From the NCBI RefSeq assembly GCF_963921235.1, contig NC_086108.1, forward strand, positions 69,690,001 to 69,754,000: DNA of 64,000 bases, written 5' to 3'. How positions within the stretch are numbered: position 1 is the stretch's first letter; every line of letters begins with the position of its first letter. Origin of the DNA: Mobula hypostoma (taxonomy: Eukaryota). Both the position numbers and the translations under genes were made by a program. The notes below the pieces were generated by a model. It was not told the DNA's origin and searched no databases. It was given only the letters and a program-made list of their open reading frames with translations. Positions 1 to 12,570 of the stretch are shown here, piece after piece.

Positions 1-119
1 ATTTTATCCACTACATTAGCTTTACAGCTGATGATCTGATTCTCTCTTGCAGACAGTCTTATGAGCCGGTTGAGCAACTAAGAGGTAAAGAAGCAAGTAA
101 TCACGAGAATAAGCTAAAT

Positions 120-700
120 TAATACGGAGTTGGCGTCACCGTAAATAGTAAGCGTGTAAACCTGGCCACTTTAAAAAAAAGCTCTCTGTCAACGATAAAA
201 TCTGCGTCTCCTCCCCTCGGCTCAGTTCTTTTCCCAATGAGCAGGCGGCGCTGACGTAGTGGTCGGTTTGTTATCATTCCCTGAAGATGGCGTCGATCAT
301 GGAAGGGCCGCTTAGCAAGTGGACCAACGTTATGAAAGGATGGCAGTACCGCTGGTTCGTGCTTGACTACAATGCGGGCCTACTCTCTTACTACACGGTG
401 AGTGGATTGGAGGTGAATTAGTGGCCTCCGGGGTGAGGGAATGGAGTGGAAGCCGTAGCTCGCTTGTCACCATGCAGGTTTTTCTCTATCCCCACCCGTT
501 CGCCTGTACGGCGGACTGCATTCGTGTATCACACCAACTTAGACGGCAGGGCGAGGAAGGGCCCAGCCCCCGGTGGGATGCAACGTGTGCGTGAGAGACG
601 GCGCAGTTGTCCAATCGCACTCCAAGTTCGTGAACATGGCTTGTCAACTAAAAAAGGCTAGCAAATGAACATACAGTTAATGGGCGGGACTTCTACTTTA
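120..700 (+). promoter_or_regulatory. CpG-enriched promoter / first-exon region of OSBPL9
   Basis: CpG-rich relative to the introns. CRE-like TGGCGTCA 131-138 and TGACGT 252-257; CCAAT 234-238 and 611-615; YY1-like AAGATGGCG 284-292 overlapping the start codon; GC box GGGCGGG 682-688. Confidence 0.65.
287..397 (+). CDS. OSBPL9: Oxysterol-binding protein-related protein 9, coding exon 1 (start of PH domain)
   Basis: Hand translation [37 protein letters not shown] matches the ORP9 N-terminus. 111 nt, followed by the donor GTGAGT at 398 (phase 0). Confidence 0.97.
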
Positions 701-1533
701 AAGGGTCAGGCTGGTAGGTGAGAGTAGGTGAAATAGCTTTAGGATAGTCGAGTGGCCTGTAAGGTGGTGGCTTTGTGGAACAAAAGTACGAGTTTTTTCC
801 CCCACGGCTGTGCAAAATGCTCTGCAGAGCACGGTAAATCCACACTATCAGGTAGAAAAACGATAGGTACACTTTGCAAAAGAATGTAAAACATTCTAAT
901 GTTGTCTGCTGTCCATTGAAGAGTGTCCGTTGCACCGAAATATTTGTTAAACCCTGTTTCCTTTGTTTATAAATGTTCGATGCATTTCACTAATTCTACA
1001 ATCAAAAACTTTGCTAACTATTTATGACAAAAGTATTGTTATATAACTTAGTGTTATATACTTGAACATTTATCTAATTTGTAACAAAATTCATTACATG
1101 TGGACCTGGAATGGGAAAAAAATGCCCTCAGACATTTCAGTAAATTCACGCCATTTTGAAATGTTAAAAAAGAAGTGATTTCATTTTTCTGGTATTGCTG
1201 CTATCCTTGTGTAACATGCAGTCACAATACTGGATAGTTAAGAGACAAATAGCCTTGTTAGCCTTATTTTAAATGAATCCACTTTACTGCTCTTCAGCAT
1301 TGATTAAATTGGTAGGTTGATCCTTTTTCATTAGATGATGTTAGGTGAACATGATTTTAGAATGCCTATCTCTTCACTCGGTGGTGAATCTTTGGAGTTC
1401 TTTATTCTTGTGAATTTGGTTGACAGGTTGGAGATATGTCTCTACCAAAGGAGGTGAAAGGTTATTCTTCCCTCCACTAGCCTGCAGGTCACCCTAAGGC
1501 AAGATGTAGCTCCTGCTTAGCATCCCTGCCGGG

Positions 1534-2315
1534 CAACACATACAAAATGCTGGAGGAACTCAGTAGGCCAGGCAGCATCTATGGAAAAAAGTACAGTTGA
1601 TGTTTCAGGCCGAAACCCTTCGGCAGGACTGGAGAAAAAAGCTGAGGAGCAGACTTGAAAGGTGGGGGGGGGGGAGGGGAGAGAGAAATGTCAGATGATA
1701 AGTGAAACCTGCAGGAGGTGGGATGAAGCAAAGAGCTAGGAAGTTAATTGGTGAAAGAGACAGAAGGCCATAGAAGGGGCAGGGGAGCACCAGTGGGAGG
1801 CGATGGTCGGGCAACAAGATAACATGAGAGAGGGATAAGGGGATGGCAAATAGTGAAGGTGGTGGGGGGAGGGGGTTGGAGGTATTACTGGAAGTTTGAG
1901 AAATTGATGTTCATGCCATCAGGTTGGAGGCTATCCCAACGGAATTTCCCGTCCCCTTGTCCCTCTCTCATGTTATCTCCTTGCCTGCCCATCACCTCCC
2001 TCTGTTGCTCCTCTCGCCCCCCCTCCCCTTCTTTCTTCTATGGCCTTCTGTCTCTTTCACCAATCAACTTCCTAGCTCGTTGCTTCATCCCTCCCCCTCC
2101 AAGTTTCACCTATCGCCTGGCGTTTCTCTCTCCTCTCCCCCCACCTTTCAAATCTACTCCTCAGCTTTTTTTCTCCAGTCCTGCCAAAGGGTTTCGGCCC
2201 AAAATGCGGACTGTACTTTTTTTCCGTAGATGCTGCCTGGTCTGAGTTCCGCCAGCGTTTTGTGTGTGTGTGTTGCTCAGATTTCCAGCATCTGCAGATT
2301 TTCTCTTGTTTGTGA
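1534..2315. mobile_element. Penelope-like element remnant: inverted pair of terminal repeats
   Basis: About 1534-1850 is the reverse complement of about 1945-2270. The centre encodes the PLE C-terminus LQPDGMNINFSNFQ* on the minus strand. Each arm has a degenerate hammerhead motif. Confidence 0.85.
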
Positions 2316-2887
2316 TTTGACCCCTCCCACTGGTCTAGGACACTTGAAGCCATGGGAGAGGGTGATGGATGATCATGTTAGCAGCTAATATACATGACAA
2401 TTCCTGGTTATGTGACCACTGATGCCAGGCAGACAATCTCTGAAGAGTATTGATAATGTCTGGGATGCTCACCTTGTAATGACACTGCCTAAACGAAAGC
2501 AATGGCAAGCCACTTCTGTAGAAAAACATAGTCATGAGACCATGATCACCTATGTCATGGCACAGCACATAATGATGATTATAGCTAATGTCTGAAACTG
2601 GGATTTCTAGATTTCTGGATATTAAAGAAATTAAGTTTTACTAGATAGGTCAGCCTTGATCTTGTTGGAAGGCTAAGTTGGTTTGGAAGACTGCTCCAGT
2701 TTTTTGTCTTCCCTCTCTGTAGAGAGTGAGATTATTTTGGCCTTTTAAAATATGAGTAATCACTATATATCAATGCAGTTTCCTTTACTCTTTATTTCTT
2801 TAGAACCTTTCATTGATAATTGTCCCATGTTGTGAAAAAACATCTGTTTGCTGTTCATTTAATTCCATGCTTATGAGTATATAAATA

Positions 2888-4203
2888 TAGTGGATTCCAA
2901 TTAATTGGGCATTGGTTAATTGGGGCAGCTGCTTATTTGGAACAACTCTTAAAGAGCAAAAGCTATTTGAGAAAATAACTGGAATTCCCTTCATTATGCC
3001 ACTTAGTTGGGATGGGAGACTGTTGCTGAACAGTTTCCAACTAACATCAGTGGTGTGCACTGGTGTGACTGTGAGACACTACACCATACTTAGAGTGAAT
3101 AGACTTTTAAATAGACTTAGTTGCATGTGTTTGATTTTTATCACTGATGTTTGGTGAGAAATATGCAGTAAGGCAATTCAGAACTGTTTTCCTCACAGTG
3201 GTTTCAAACATTTGGGCTTGGAGATGCCAGAAATAGCGGGGAGTGAAAATGAAATAATTTCACTACTTCAAGTTAGGAGCAACATTTGAAGGTATCAACA
3301 ATCATCTTGAAGTTTAGAATGAAAAAGAAGATTTAAAGGTTGCAATCATCTAAAGCATTGTACAAAGGCACTCCATTATCTTCACTAGCTGCCTGCACTG
3401 ATTTTTGTTTATTTGCAGTCAAGAATGTGGCAGTGCACACTGTATGAATTCCTTTGTCAATAACTAATATAGTTTTATGGTACAGTAGAGGTTTTGGTAG
3501 CATTCTGTTTTTTCTGTATTACATTTAAGTACATAAATTGTTACTCAGATAAACAGTTTGTATTTTTTTTTATATCTTTTCTAATTGCCTTGCCTTGCGC
3601 CCTTAACTCCTGGTGGAGTCGTCAGGGCGCCGTCATGACAAGCTTTGCACCAGTCTGTTCCATCTGTCGTGGTTGTGTGCCAGATCCTGGGTCACTGCAA
3701 ATGTTTTCCCTGTCCATTCTTTAATGTTGTCCATCCATCTTTTCCTCTGTCTACCTCTCCTTTTCCCCTCCACAGTTCCTTGTAGAACTGTCTTTGCAAG
3801 GTCACTGGATCTTGTTACGTAGCCGTACCATCTCAGCTTTCTTTTCTTCACCGTTGTGAGAAGGTCTTCATGGGGGCCAATGTGGTGCTGGATGGTCTTG
3901 CGGACCTGCTCGTTTGTGATGTGGTCAAGTATGAGATGCCCAAGATGTTGCGATAGCATCTCATTTCCAATACCTGCATCTTCCTCTGTAGCTCTGCTGT
4001 GAGGGTCCATGTCTCACATGCGTACAGGAAGATGGAGAACACCAACGCACGCAGGAATCTGATCTTGTACTTCATGATGATGCTGCTGTTCCTACACATT
4101 GTCTTGAGTTTGGTTATCTTTGTAATTGCTTCCCTAAAACTTAATTGGGGCAGTTACTTACTTGGGCCAATATGTACTGGCCCCAATTACCCGGAATCCA
4201 CTG
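2888..4203. mobile_element. Tigger/pogo-like non-autonomous DNA transposon, split by an RTE
   Basis: Imperfect TIRs tagtggattccaattaattggg / cccaattacccggaatccactg, flanked by TA at 2886-2887 and 4204-4205. Confidence 0.7.
3589..4114 (-). mobile_element. RTE-clade LINE, 3' fragment
   Basis: Frameshifted ORFs LRALVFSIFLYACETWTL...EMRCYR and KKRKLRWYGYV...GKRRGRQRKRWMDNI; (caagg)n tail; imperfect TSD of about 15 bp (tatcttt[t]ctaattgc / tatctttgtaattgc). Confidence 0.85.
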
Positions 4204-6029
4204 TATTTTTAAAATCTTCATACCATTGAACTACCATGATGACTGTTAATAACAGTGGTTTTACTTTGCATGATTGGACACTGTCCTACCATTGATTTTG
4301 TATGAGAGGGCCCTAACTGGATCTGTAGTAAATAATGAAGTACTAAAGTATTCGTACTTCAGAGTGAAAGAAATTCTATTTGTTGGAGGCAGGTCCCCTC
4401 ACAACACTGAAGTATTTAGATGACGGTTTGAAATGTAATGGCATATAGGCTATGAATTGAGTACTGGAGTATGTAATTTAGTATAGATTGACCAGCATGG
4501 ATATGGTGAGCCAAAGGACTTGTTTCCTTCCTGCGTGATTTTATTTGTCCTAACACTTGGAGCTATCCAAATGATAGGTGATAGAATCGGGTATGCGTTT
4601 GTGTGAATTTTAAGTGTTAGATAATTATGTGTCTTGAATAATGCTTCAGTGGGAGACAGGATTTCTACTGTGCAATGGCCAAAGGAGGGAGCTGAAGTTG
4701 GTACTGTCACAGGTGCTGGTACAAGAAAAGATGTAGTCAATGAAAAGGAGAGATCAGTAATGTGGTCCATTAATTTTTAATTAATGCACAGAATTGCCAT
4801 TGGGTAATGAAGGCTATTGTTTTGCTTTCTTGCTCCTGAAGTGTATGATTCACATTTGTCATAAACAATTTCATGTTTTCATGTAACTTTCATCAAATGC
4901 CTGCTTGAATTATACAAAACCTTCAGTGTGCCTCCTGACTGTGATCTCCTTCATGTATTGTTCACAGAGCTATATACTGTGTTTCAACTATGCTCAGAAC
5001 AGTTTTCATTGTTTTGGCTACAGTAAGGAAGGGAACATTTAGCTTGCTGAGTCTATACTAGTGATGCATGCATGACATAAATCTGTTGGTCTCCTCATGT
5101 AACCTGGTGATTATTTTCTTAGTAGTACTTTTTTTTTTAAAGTGGTAAAGTTGAATCTGACTCCACTATTATTCCTGGCAGTATGTTCCAGACCTAAAAT
5201 ACTGTGTTCATAAATAAGTATCTTCTTTCTCATGACTTAAATGGCCAATCACTACATTGGGAGAGGTGACTGATGCCTCGGTTAAGAAAAATATTATCCC
5301 CACACCCAGTCTATCAAATGACCTGCAAGATTTTTATGTTTCAATAGATCATTTCATTTTTTTTTTGAAGTGTATTGGCCTGGTCTGCTTAATCTCTACA
5401 TCTTGTGACAAACATGCAAAGCCTGGGATCAATCTGGTGAATCTTCAAAACATTTCTCCTTCCCTGGGGAGGAAAGCCAGGCCTGTTTATAATATTTCTG
5501 ATGTGGTTTAAATAATTGGAGCCAGCTCTGTCTCTTGATTTCAGATAGTCTTAGAATAAAGGCTAACAATCGGTTTGCATTCAAGCAACACACAGAAAAT
5601 GCTGAAGGAATTTAGCAGGCCAGGCAGAATCTATGGAAATAAAAGTACAGCCAACGTTTTGACCCAAAACATTAACTGTACCATCAGACTGAACCCATGA
5701 AAACTACCTCATTATTTTGCACTCTTTTTGCACTACTTATTTATTAAAATTTCTTTTGTAACTTGTATTGTTGTAATGTACTGCCCTGTACTGCTGCTGC
5801 AAAACCACGAATTTAACAATGTATGTCAATGATGACCACCCTGATTCTGATTCTTCTCTGAAATTGGTTTAAGGATTAACAAAATAGTTGTGAGATTGTT
5901 AATTTGTGACAAACGTTTCATGTTGCAAACGACTCCATGTATGTTTTCTAGCCTTTTCCATTTGGAGTAATTGTCCATAAATATGTGCATTTTATAAGTT
6001 AAATATTTTCCAGATACTTTCAGAATCAT

Positions 6030-7160
6030 TGGCATCTGTTGTTAAAGTTGTTGCTATGTGCAGTGGTACATTGCAATACATAATAAAAAGAGTAAATTAT
6101 AGTAAGTATAAATATATTTAAAAGGTTAAATTAAATAATGAAAAAAGGAGGGGAAAAAGTAGTGAGATAGTACTCGATGTATATTTAGAAATCTGATTGT
6201 GAGGGGAAGAAGCTATTCCTGAATCATGTGTGTTCCTTTAGGTTCCTATACTTCCTGCTTGATGGTAGCAATGAGAAGAGGATATGTTCTGGGTGATGAT
6301 TGCCTTTAATAATGGATGCAGCCCTTTTGAAGCATTGCTCCTTGAAGATGTCCTGGTTGCTGGGGAGGCTAGTGCCTATGATGGAGCTGACTGAGTTCAC
6401 AATTTTCGGCAGCTTATTATGATCCTGTGTAGTGTTTCTCCCCACAACGACTCCTCATGCCAGACGGTGACGCAGCCGGTTAGAGTGCTGTCCACAGTAC
6501 ATCTGTAGAAATTGGCGAGTGCCTTTGGTGACATACCAAATCTCCTTAAACTCCTAATGAATTGCAGCCACTGTCGTGCCTTCTTTGTAACTGCATTGAT
6601 ATGCTGGGCCCATGATAGATCTGCAGAGATGTTAACACCCAAGAACTGGTTGTATGCACCCTTGTCTTACTATTTCTGAAGTCCACAATCAATTCTTTGG
6701 TCTTACTGACGTTGAGTGCAAGGTTGTTGCTATGACGCCACTCAACTAGCTGATATATCTTGCTCCCCTACGCCTTCTCGTCACCATTTGAAATTCTGCT
6801 AACAACAGTTGTGTTGTCGGCAGAATTATAGATGGCATTTGAGCTGTGCTTAACCACACAGTCATTTGGTGTAGAGAGAGTAGAACAGTGGGCTAAGTAG
6901 ACATCCTTGTGGCGTGCAAGTGTTGATTATCAAAGGTGGAGATGGTATTTCCAATACACACAGACTGTGGTCTTCTAGTGAGGAAGTCAAGGATCCAGTT
7001 TCAGAGGGAGGAAGGGAGGTACAGAGGCCCAGGTTTTCGAGCTTTTTCATCAGAATGGTAGGAATGATTGTGTTAAAGAATGAGCTGTAGTTAATAAACA
7101 GCTGCCTGACATATGTATTAGTATTGTCCAGGTGATCAAAGGCCAATGTGATTGCATCAT
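6030..7160 (-). mobile_element. Rex1/Babar-like LINE fragment
   Basis: RT remnants YVRQLFINYSSFFNTI, PQGCLLSPL, GVNISADLSW, FYRCTVDSTLTGC. Confidence 0.8.
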
Positions 7161-7402
7161 AATTCAAAGAATTTTCGACTGGCGATACGGTCAGTAATGG
7201 GAACTGGACTGGAACAGCATAGTGGCATGTTGTTCCTGTGACTCCGTGGGTTTTCTCCGGCATCCCAAAGACTTGCCAATTGAGAAGTTACGTAGCCACT
7301 GTGTGCAGCATGGAAGCAGGCCCTTCAGCCCAACTGGTCCATGCTGACCTAGATTCCTATCTAAGCTTGTCCCATTTGTGTTTGGCCCCTATGCCTCTAA
7401 AC

Positions 7403-8623
7403 CAGCGGTCCCCAACCACCGGGCCACGGACCAGGGCCGGGCTGCAAAGCATGTGCTACCGGGCTGTGAGGAAATGATACGATTTGGCGATAGGAGTCAG
7501 CTGCACCTTTTCTCATTCCTTGTCATGCCCACTGTTGATCCATTACGCATGCGAGGTCATTACCCGCGTGTCATCCATGTTAGCACGGGAAGGAGATCAA
7601 CTCCTCAAGCTTGCAAATGATGGCGGGCAGAAAAGTATGTGCGACATAGCATCTCTGCTGGCATTCTGGATCAAAGTCAAGACTAAATATCCTGAGATAG
7701 CCACGAAAGCACTGAAAACATTGCTTCCATTTCAAACATCATATCGCTGCGAAGCGGAGTTTTCTGCAATGAATGCAACAAAAACTAGATTGCGGAATAG
7801 ACTGGACATAAGGAACCCCCTTCGAATATTGCTGTCTCCCATCACCCCTCGATAGGACCGTCTTGTTGCAGGGAAACAAGCCCAGGGCTCCCACTGATTC
7901 AGCGATATTGGTGTGTTGCAATGATTTTATATGTTCATATGGGGAAAATATGTGCTGTGTGTTTAATATCCAAACGTTACTTAAAATGTTATGATGATAT
8001 TGACTTACTTATATAACCATATAACAATTACAGCACGGAAACAGGCCATCTCGGCTCTTCTAGTCCCTGCCGAACGCTACTCTCACCTAGTCCCACCGAC
8101 CTGCACTCAGCCCACAACCCTCCATTCCTTTCCTGTCCATACACCTATCCAATTTTTCTCTAAATGATAATATCGAACCTGCCTCTACCACTTCTACTGG
8201 AAGTTCGTTCAACACTTACTTCAAGCTCCCCTGTCCTCCCCTGATAATTGACTTATCACTATATTCATGCGAGGAAAATGTGCGCTGTGTGTTTAAGGTT
8301 AAATTCGTTAGATAAACCCTTTTAGAAACCAAACTGAGCCACTTATCACCTATATTCTGGTCGTGATTAACACCCCCTGCCCCCGAACAGAATCGCCAAA
8401 GACGATTTGCAGGGAAAAAAAATCAGCAGGTACACGCATGCGCACCAGTGCCCGCGCAAGGCTTCATGGTTATTGTAGTCTTTTTCTGGGTAAACACAAC
8501 GTATTTGACTGCTACTCTTGTCCGTTCGCAACCCTACCCCCCCCCCCCCCGGGGTCGGCCGGTCCGCAAGAATACTGTTAATATTAAACCGGTCCGCAGT
8601 GCAAAAAAGGTTGGGGACCCCTG
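7403..8623 (+). mobile_element. Buster/Charlie-type hAT internal-deletion derivative, inserted in an old CR1 3' end
   Basis: TIRs cagcggtccccaacc / ggttggggacccctg; 8-bp TSD ctctaaac (7395-7402 and 8624-8631) with central TA; hAT dimerisation-domain remnant FWIKVKTKYPEIATKALKTLLPF...TKTRLRNRLD. Confidence 0.92.
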
Positions 8624-10114
8624 CTCTAAACCTTTCTTATCCATGTACCTGCCTCAACTACTTCCTCTGGTAGCTCATTCCAAATACTGAGTGCTCTTTG
8701 GGTGGAATAAGTTGTCCCTCAGATTCCTATTAATTCTCTCCCCAGTCACCTTAAATCTATGCTTTCTAGTTGTTGATTCTCCCAAACCGGGGGGGAGTGG
8801 GGAAGGACAGCACACATTCATCCTATCTAAGACCATCATAATTTTATAGAACTCTCTAAGATCACCCCTTATTCTCCTGCGCTCCATTAGGAAAAGTGCC
8901 AACCTGCTCAACCTCTCCAGTACTCAATCCAGCAGTATCGTCCTAAGTCTCATCTGCACTCTTTCCATGTTAATGAAATATTTTCTATGGCAGGGTGACA
9001 AAAACTGAACAAAACATTACAAACATGTACTGAATGTTACCTTGTACAACTGCACTTAATATCTCTGCTTCTATACTCATTGTCCTGACTGGTGAAGGCC
9101 AGCATACCAAAAGCTTTAGTCACCATCCTGTCTGCAAACCACTGTCAGGGAGTCATGTACTTGTATATCTAGGTTCTTCTGTTGAACAACATTCCCCAAA
9201 CCTCTATCATTCATTGTGTGATGTCCTGCCTTTATTTGTCTGCCCAAATGTGTAGACCAGTAGAATCCAGGAAAGTTGAAAGGAAAGTGTGGAGAATAAA
9301 AATGAGTTCAACACACGATTAATGTACATGTACAGTTGATAATTGCGTGAGGACTAATGATTTGAAGGGCCTGTTTCTATGCTGTATTTTGCTTTGACTC
9401 TCGAGACTAGGATTAAAAATACTATAGTCTCGGTTGTGTGTGGGGGGTAGTTTGCACCTTCAATATGCTTTTATGATTCAATTTTTTTTTGTTAATCACT
9501 CTAAAACCTTCATTTGAATTTATCAAAAATGTATAGTCTCCAGTCTCTTGGCAAAAATGGGTTGAAAGTACACAAGAATTAGTTGATAAATCATTTGTTT
9601 AACAATTTGACAAAGATTGTGATTGCATTAGTATCAGGTTCAAGTTTATCATTCAACCATACAAATGTATGCAGTGAAATGAAACAGCATTCCCCTAGGG
9701 CCAAGGTGCAGAACACAGTACAGTAGATACAATCGCCACAGTACATAGCACATAGTACACATAGTTACGATAGCGCATACAGTCACACATAAAATATTAC
9801 TAGCCCATGTCCCGAGTGCCATGGCCTGAAGATTGATTGTGAATGGGATGTTGTCCTGCAGTCAGGTTTCCGCAAGAACAAGCATGTGGCAATATCCTCA
9901 TCTTGTGCAAATTCAGATGAGCACAGTTGCACCAACATGGGGACCTGGCCCTTAACCCAGCACCGATTCCAGGGCCTCTGTTCTCTCCCACACCACCTTC
10001 TCTCCTATGTGGCTGTAACAGAATAACGCCACAGCATGAGGGCCTGGTACATGCAACAACAGAGGCTGTGCATCTCCCTGCCATTAGTCTCACTAATGAA
10101 CTGATGAACAGGAG

Positions 10115-10660
10115 TTGGTTACTGCCTGTTACACCGCTGGTGTAGGGCATCAGTGAAGGTCCTTCATCTCTGTCCTTGGCCATCTTCTCTGTTGTGCCCC
10201 AGGTTTGGTTCAGGGTCCTCATTTCTGCCTCTATGGTACAGCACCAAGTTGTCTTTGCTCTCCCATTTTTCCTCTGTTCTTCAGGGGTCCAATGAAGTGC
10301 TGTCATGATGATGGAATTGGCCTTTCTTCTCATCATGTGCCCAATCTATCACAATGCTTGCTCTTGACTCTGAAGGAGTAAGGTGTTGTTGGAGATTTTT
10401 CTTGGCTGGAAAATTCAGAGGTTCATGATGTGGAATGATAGCCTGGCAAGCTTGTTCTGCCAGGAGCCAGACTCGTAAAAGAGTGTGGACATAATACACC
10501 TCTGGTACTGCTTTACCTCGATGTGGACATTGTACTTGGTTGATCCTGATATGTTGCTCATTGATTTGAAAACATTTCTAACTTTGCTGAATCTGCACTG
10601 GATATTGTCCTTGGTCCCACCATCCTGCCGAATGTTGCTGCCCGGTAGGTAAATCTTCTG
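10115..10660 (-). mobile_element. Degraded RTE-like LINE, 3' fragment
   Basis: ALHWTPE...GRAKTTW...TW...AKDR C-terminal motif. Confidence 0.65.
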
Positions 10661-11164
10661 GTGCAGGATAAGTCGACACCGTATGCTTTATCAGGAGGAG
10701 GAGACTCTACATCGGTGGTTCCCGGGCGAGGGAGTTATTCAAGATTTTTGTTGGCGGGGGGGGGAGGTGGTAAGCGGTACCATAACTTGAGGCATGAGAC
10801 CTGGCCAACTGTTAGTAGAGCAGGCACTTCCCCCAAAAAAAGGTGAGGTACTGGAACATGGAGAACCATGTGCAGGTGGTGAGCACTTGTTATCACAACA
10901 TTTCTGAAACTTGGCAATCTCATCTGACCTTGCCAACCAAACAGATGTTATTGGGGATATATAAATCAGCAAACAGGGTGCCCAACAGTTCCCCTTGAGT
11001 TGCAGTATGGAACGAGTTCATGCAACTTAACAGTTGGTAAGTCAAGTACACCCTCTCAACTTTCTCTACAGATCTACGGAAAACAGGTTGTACAACAATA
11101 CAACGCAGGCTGGAACCAAACAGTGAAATAGAGCCAATCAATGAACCGGCCAAACCTGAGGATT

Positions 11165-11310
11165 CCCACTTTCAAATCTCTTGCTAGCTCTTCTTTCAGT
11201 TAGTCCTGACGAAGGGTCTTGGCCCGAAACGTCGACTGTACATTTTCCTGGAGATGCTGCCTGGCCTGCTGCGTTCACCAGCAACTTTGATGTGTGTTGC
11301 TTGGAATTGC
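11165..11310 (+). mobile_element. Penelope terminal-repeat fragment
   Basis: Near-identical to the terminal portion of the PLE copies at 30195 and 47740-47920. Confidence 0.85.
11202..11237 (+). ncRNA. Minimal type-I hammerhead ribozyme motif, intact core
   Basis: agtc-CTGACGA-a-gggt(cttg)gccc-GAAA-cGTC-gact: helix I agtc/gact, CUGANGA core, helix II, GAAA, palindromic ACGU in place of helix III; predicted cleavage after C11233. Confidence 0.75.
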
Positions 11311-11419
11311 TCTTCAGGTGTTCAAAGCACCACCGTTGGGTATTATGGTCAATTGTGCTAACTGGAATAATATAAAGGTAGCTTGTCGAGCATTTAAATA
11401 TTAAATACACAGCACGCTC

Positions 11420-12570
11420 TACCTCTGATCCTCTGAGGATTGGCTCATGGACCTGTGGTTTCTTTCTCCTGAAGTCAATAATCAGCTCCTTGATCTTGCT
11501 GGCATTGAGTAAAAGGTTGCTGTTATGACACTACTCAGCCAGATTTTCAATTCCCTCCTATATACTGATTCATCACCATGTTTTATTTGACCTACGACAG
11601 TGATGTCATCAGTAAACCTCTCAAAATGCTTAATCAATGTGGGTGTAAATGCTGTTGGGCGATAACCATTGAGGCAGGTCACTATGCTTTTCTGGGCACC
11701 AGTATAATTGAAGCCGCCTTTGAAGTAGGTGGATATCTCACACTGCCTTAGCGAGAGGTGAAAGATCTTAGTGAACACTTGATCAGCACAGGTCTTTAGT
11801 ACTTGGCCAGATAATCCAGTTGGGCTGAAAGCAATGAAGATGGACAAACAACCAATGTGCAAAAGGCATCAAACTGTGCAAATACAAAAACAAAAAAAAA
11901 CTAATAATAAATAAGCAATAAATATCAGCCCTGCTGAAAGGTTTTAGCCTGAAACATCAACTGTACTTTTTCCCCACAGTTGCTGCCTGGCCTTCTGAGT
12001 TCCTCCAGCATTTTGTGTGCGTGGCTGGGATTTCCAGCATTGCAGATTTTCTCTTGTTTGTGAATAAATACTGAGACCTTGACACAGAGAGTCCTTGCCT
12101 TGAGTCCATAGGTTGTGGGGATAGTTAAGTGATGGGGCAAGTGAGGTTGAGTGAACTTATCTCCTCTGGTTCAAGAGCCTGATGGTTGAGGAGTAATAGT
12201 TGCTGCTGAACCTGGTGGTGTTGGTCCTGAGGGTCTTGTACCACCTTCCTGATGGCAGCAATGAGAAAGGAGAGTGCCCTAGAAGGTGGTAGTCCTTTAT
12301 GATGGATGCTACTTTCCTGCAACAGCCTTCCTTGTAGATGTGCTCAATGGTGGGGACGACTTTAACTATGATGGACTGGGTTATGTTCACTGCTTTTTGT
12401 AGGCTTTTGCATTCAAAGGCATTAGTGTTTCTTTACCAGGCCATGATGCAACCAGCCAATATATTCTCCATCACTCATCTGAAGTCAAAGTTCTATATAA
12501 CATGCTGAATCTTTGCAAACTTCTAAGAAAGTAGAGGCACTGCTGTGCTTTCTTTGTAATGGCACTTACG
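11420..12570 (-). mobile_element. Rearranged Rex1/Babar-like LINE fragments with an inserted Penelope tail (about 11926-12063)
   Basis: VLKTCADQ, YRPTAFT, FTDDITVVG, HSPFSLLPSGR motifs. Confidence 0.75.

Noticed and set aside
446..935. Short ORFs in the 5' part of intron 1
   Set aside because: No recognisable homology; expected by chance in GC-richer DNA.
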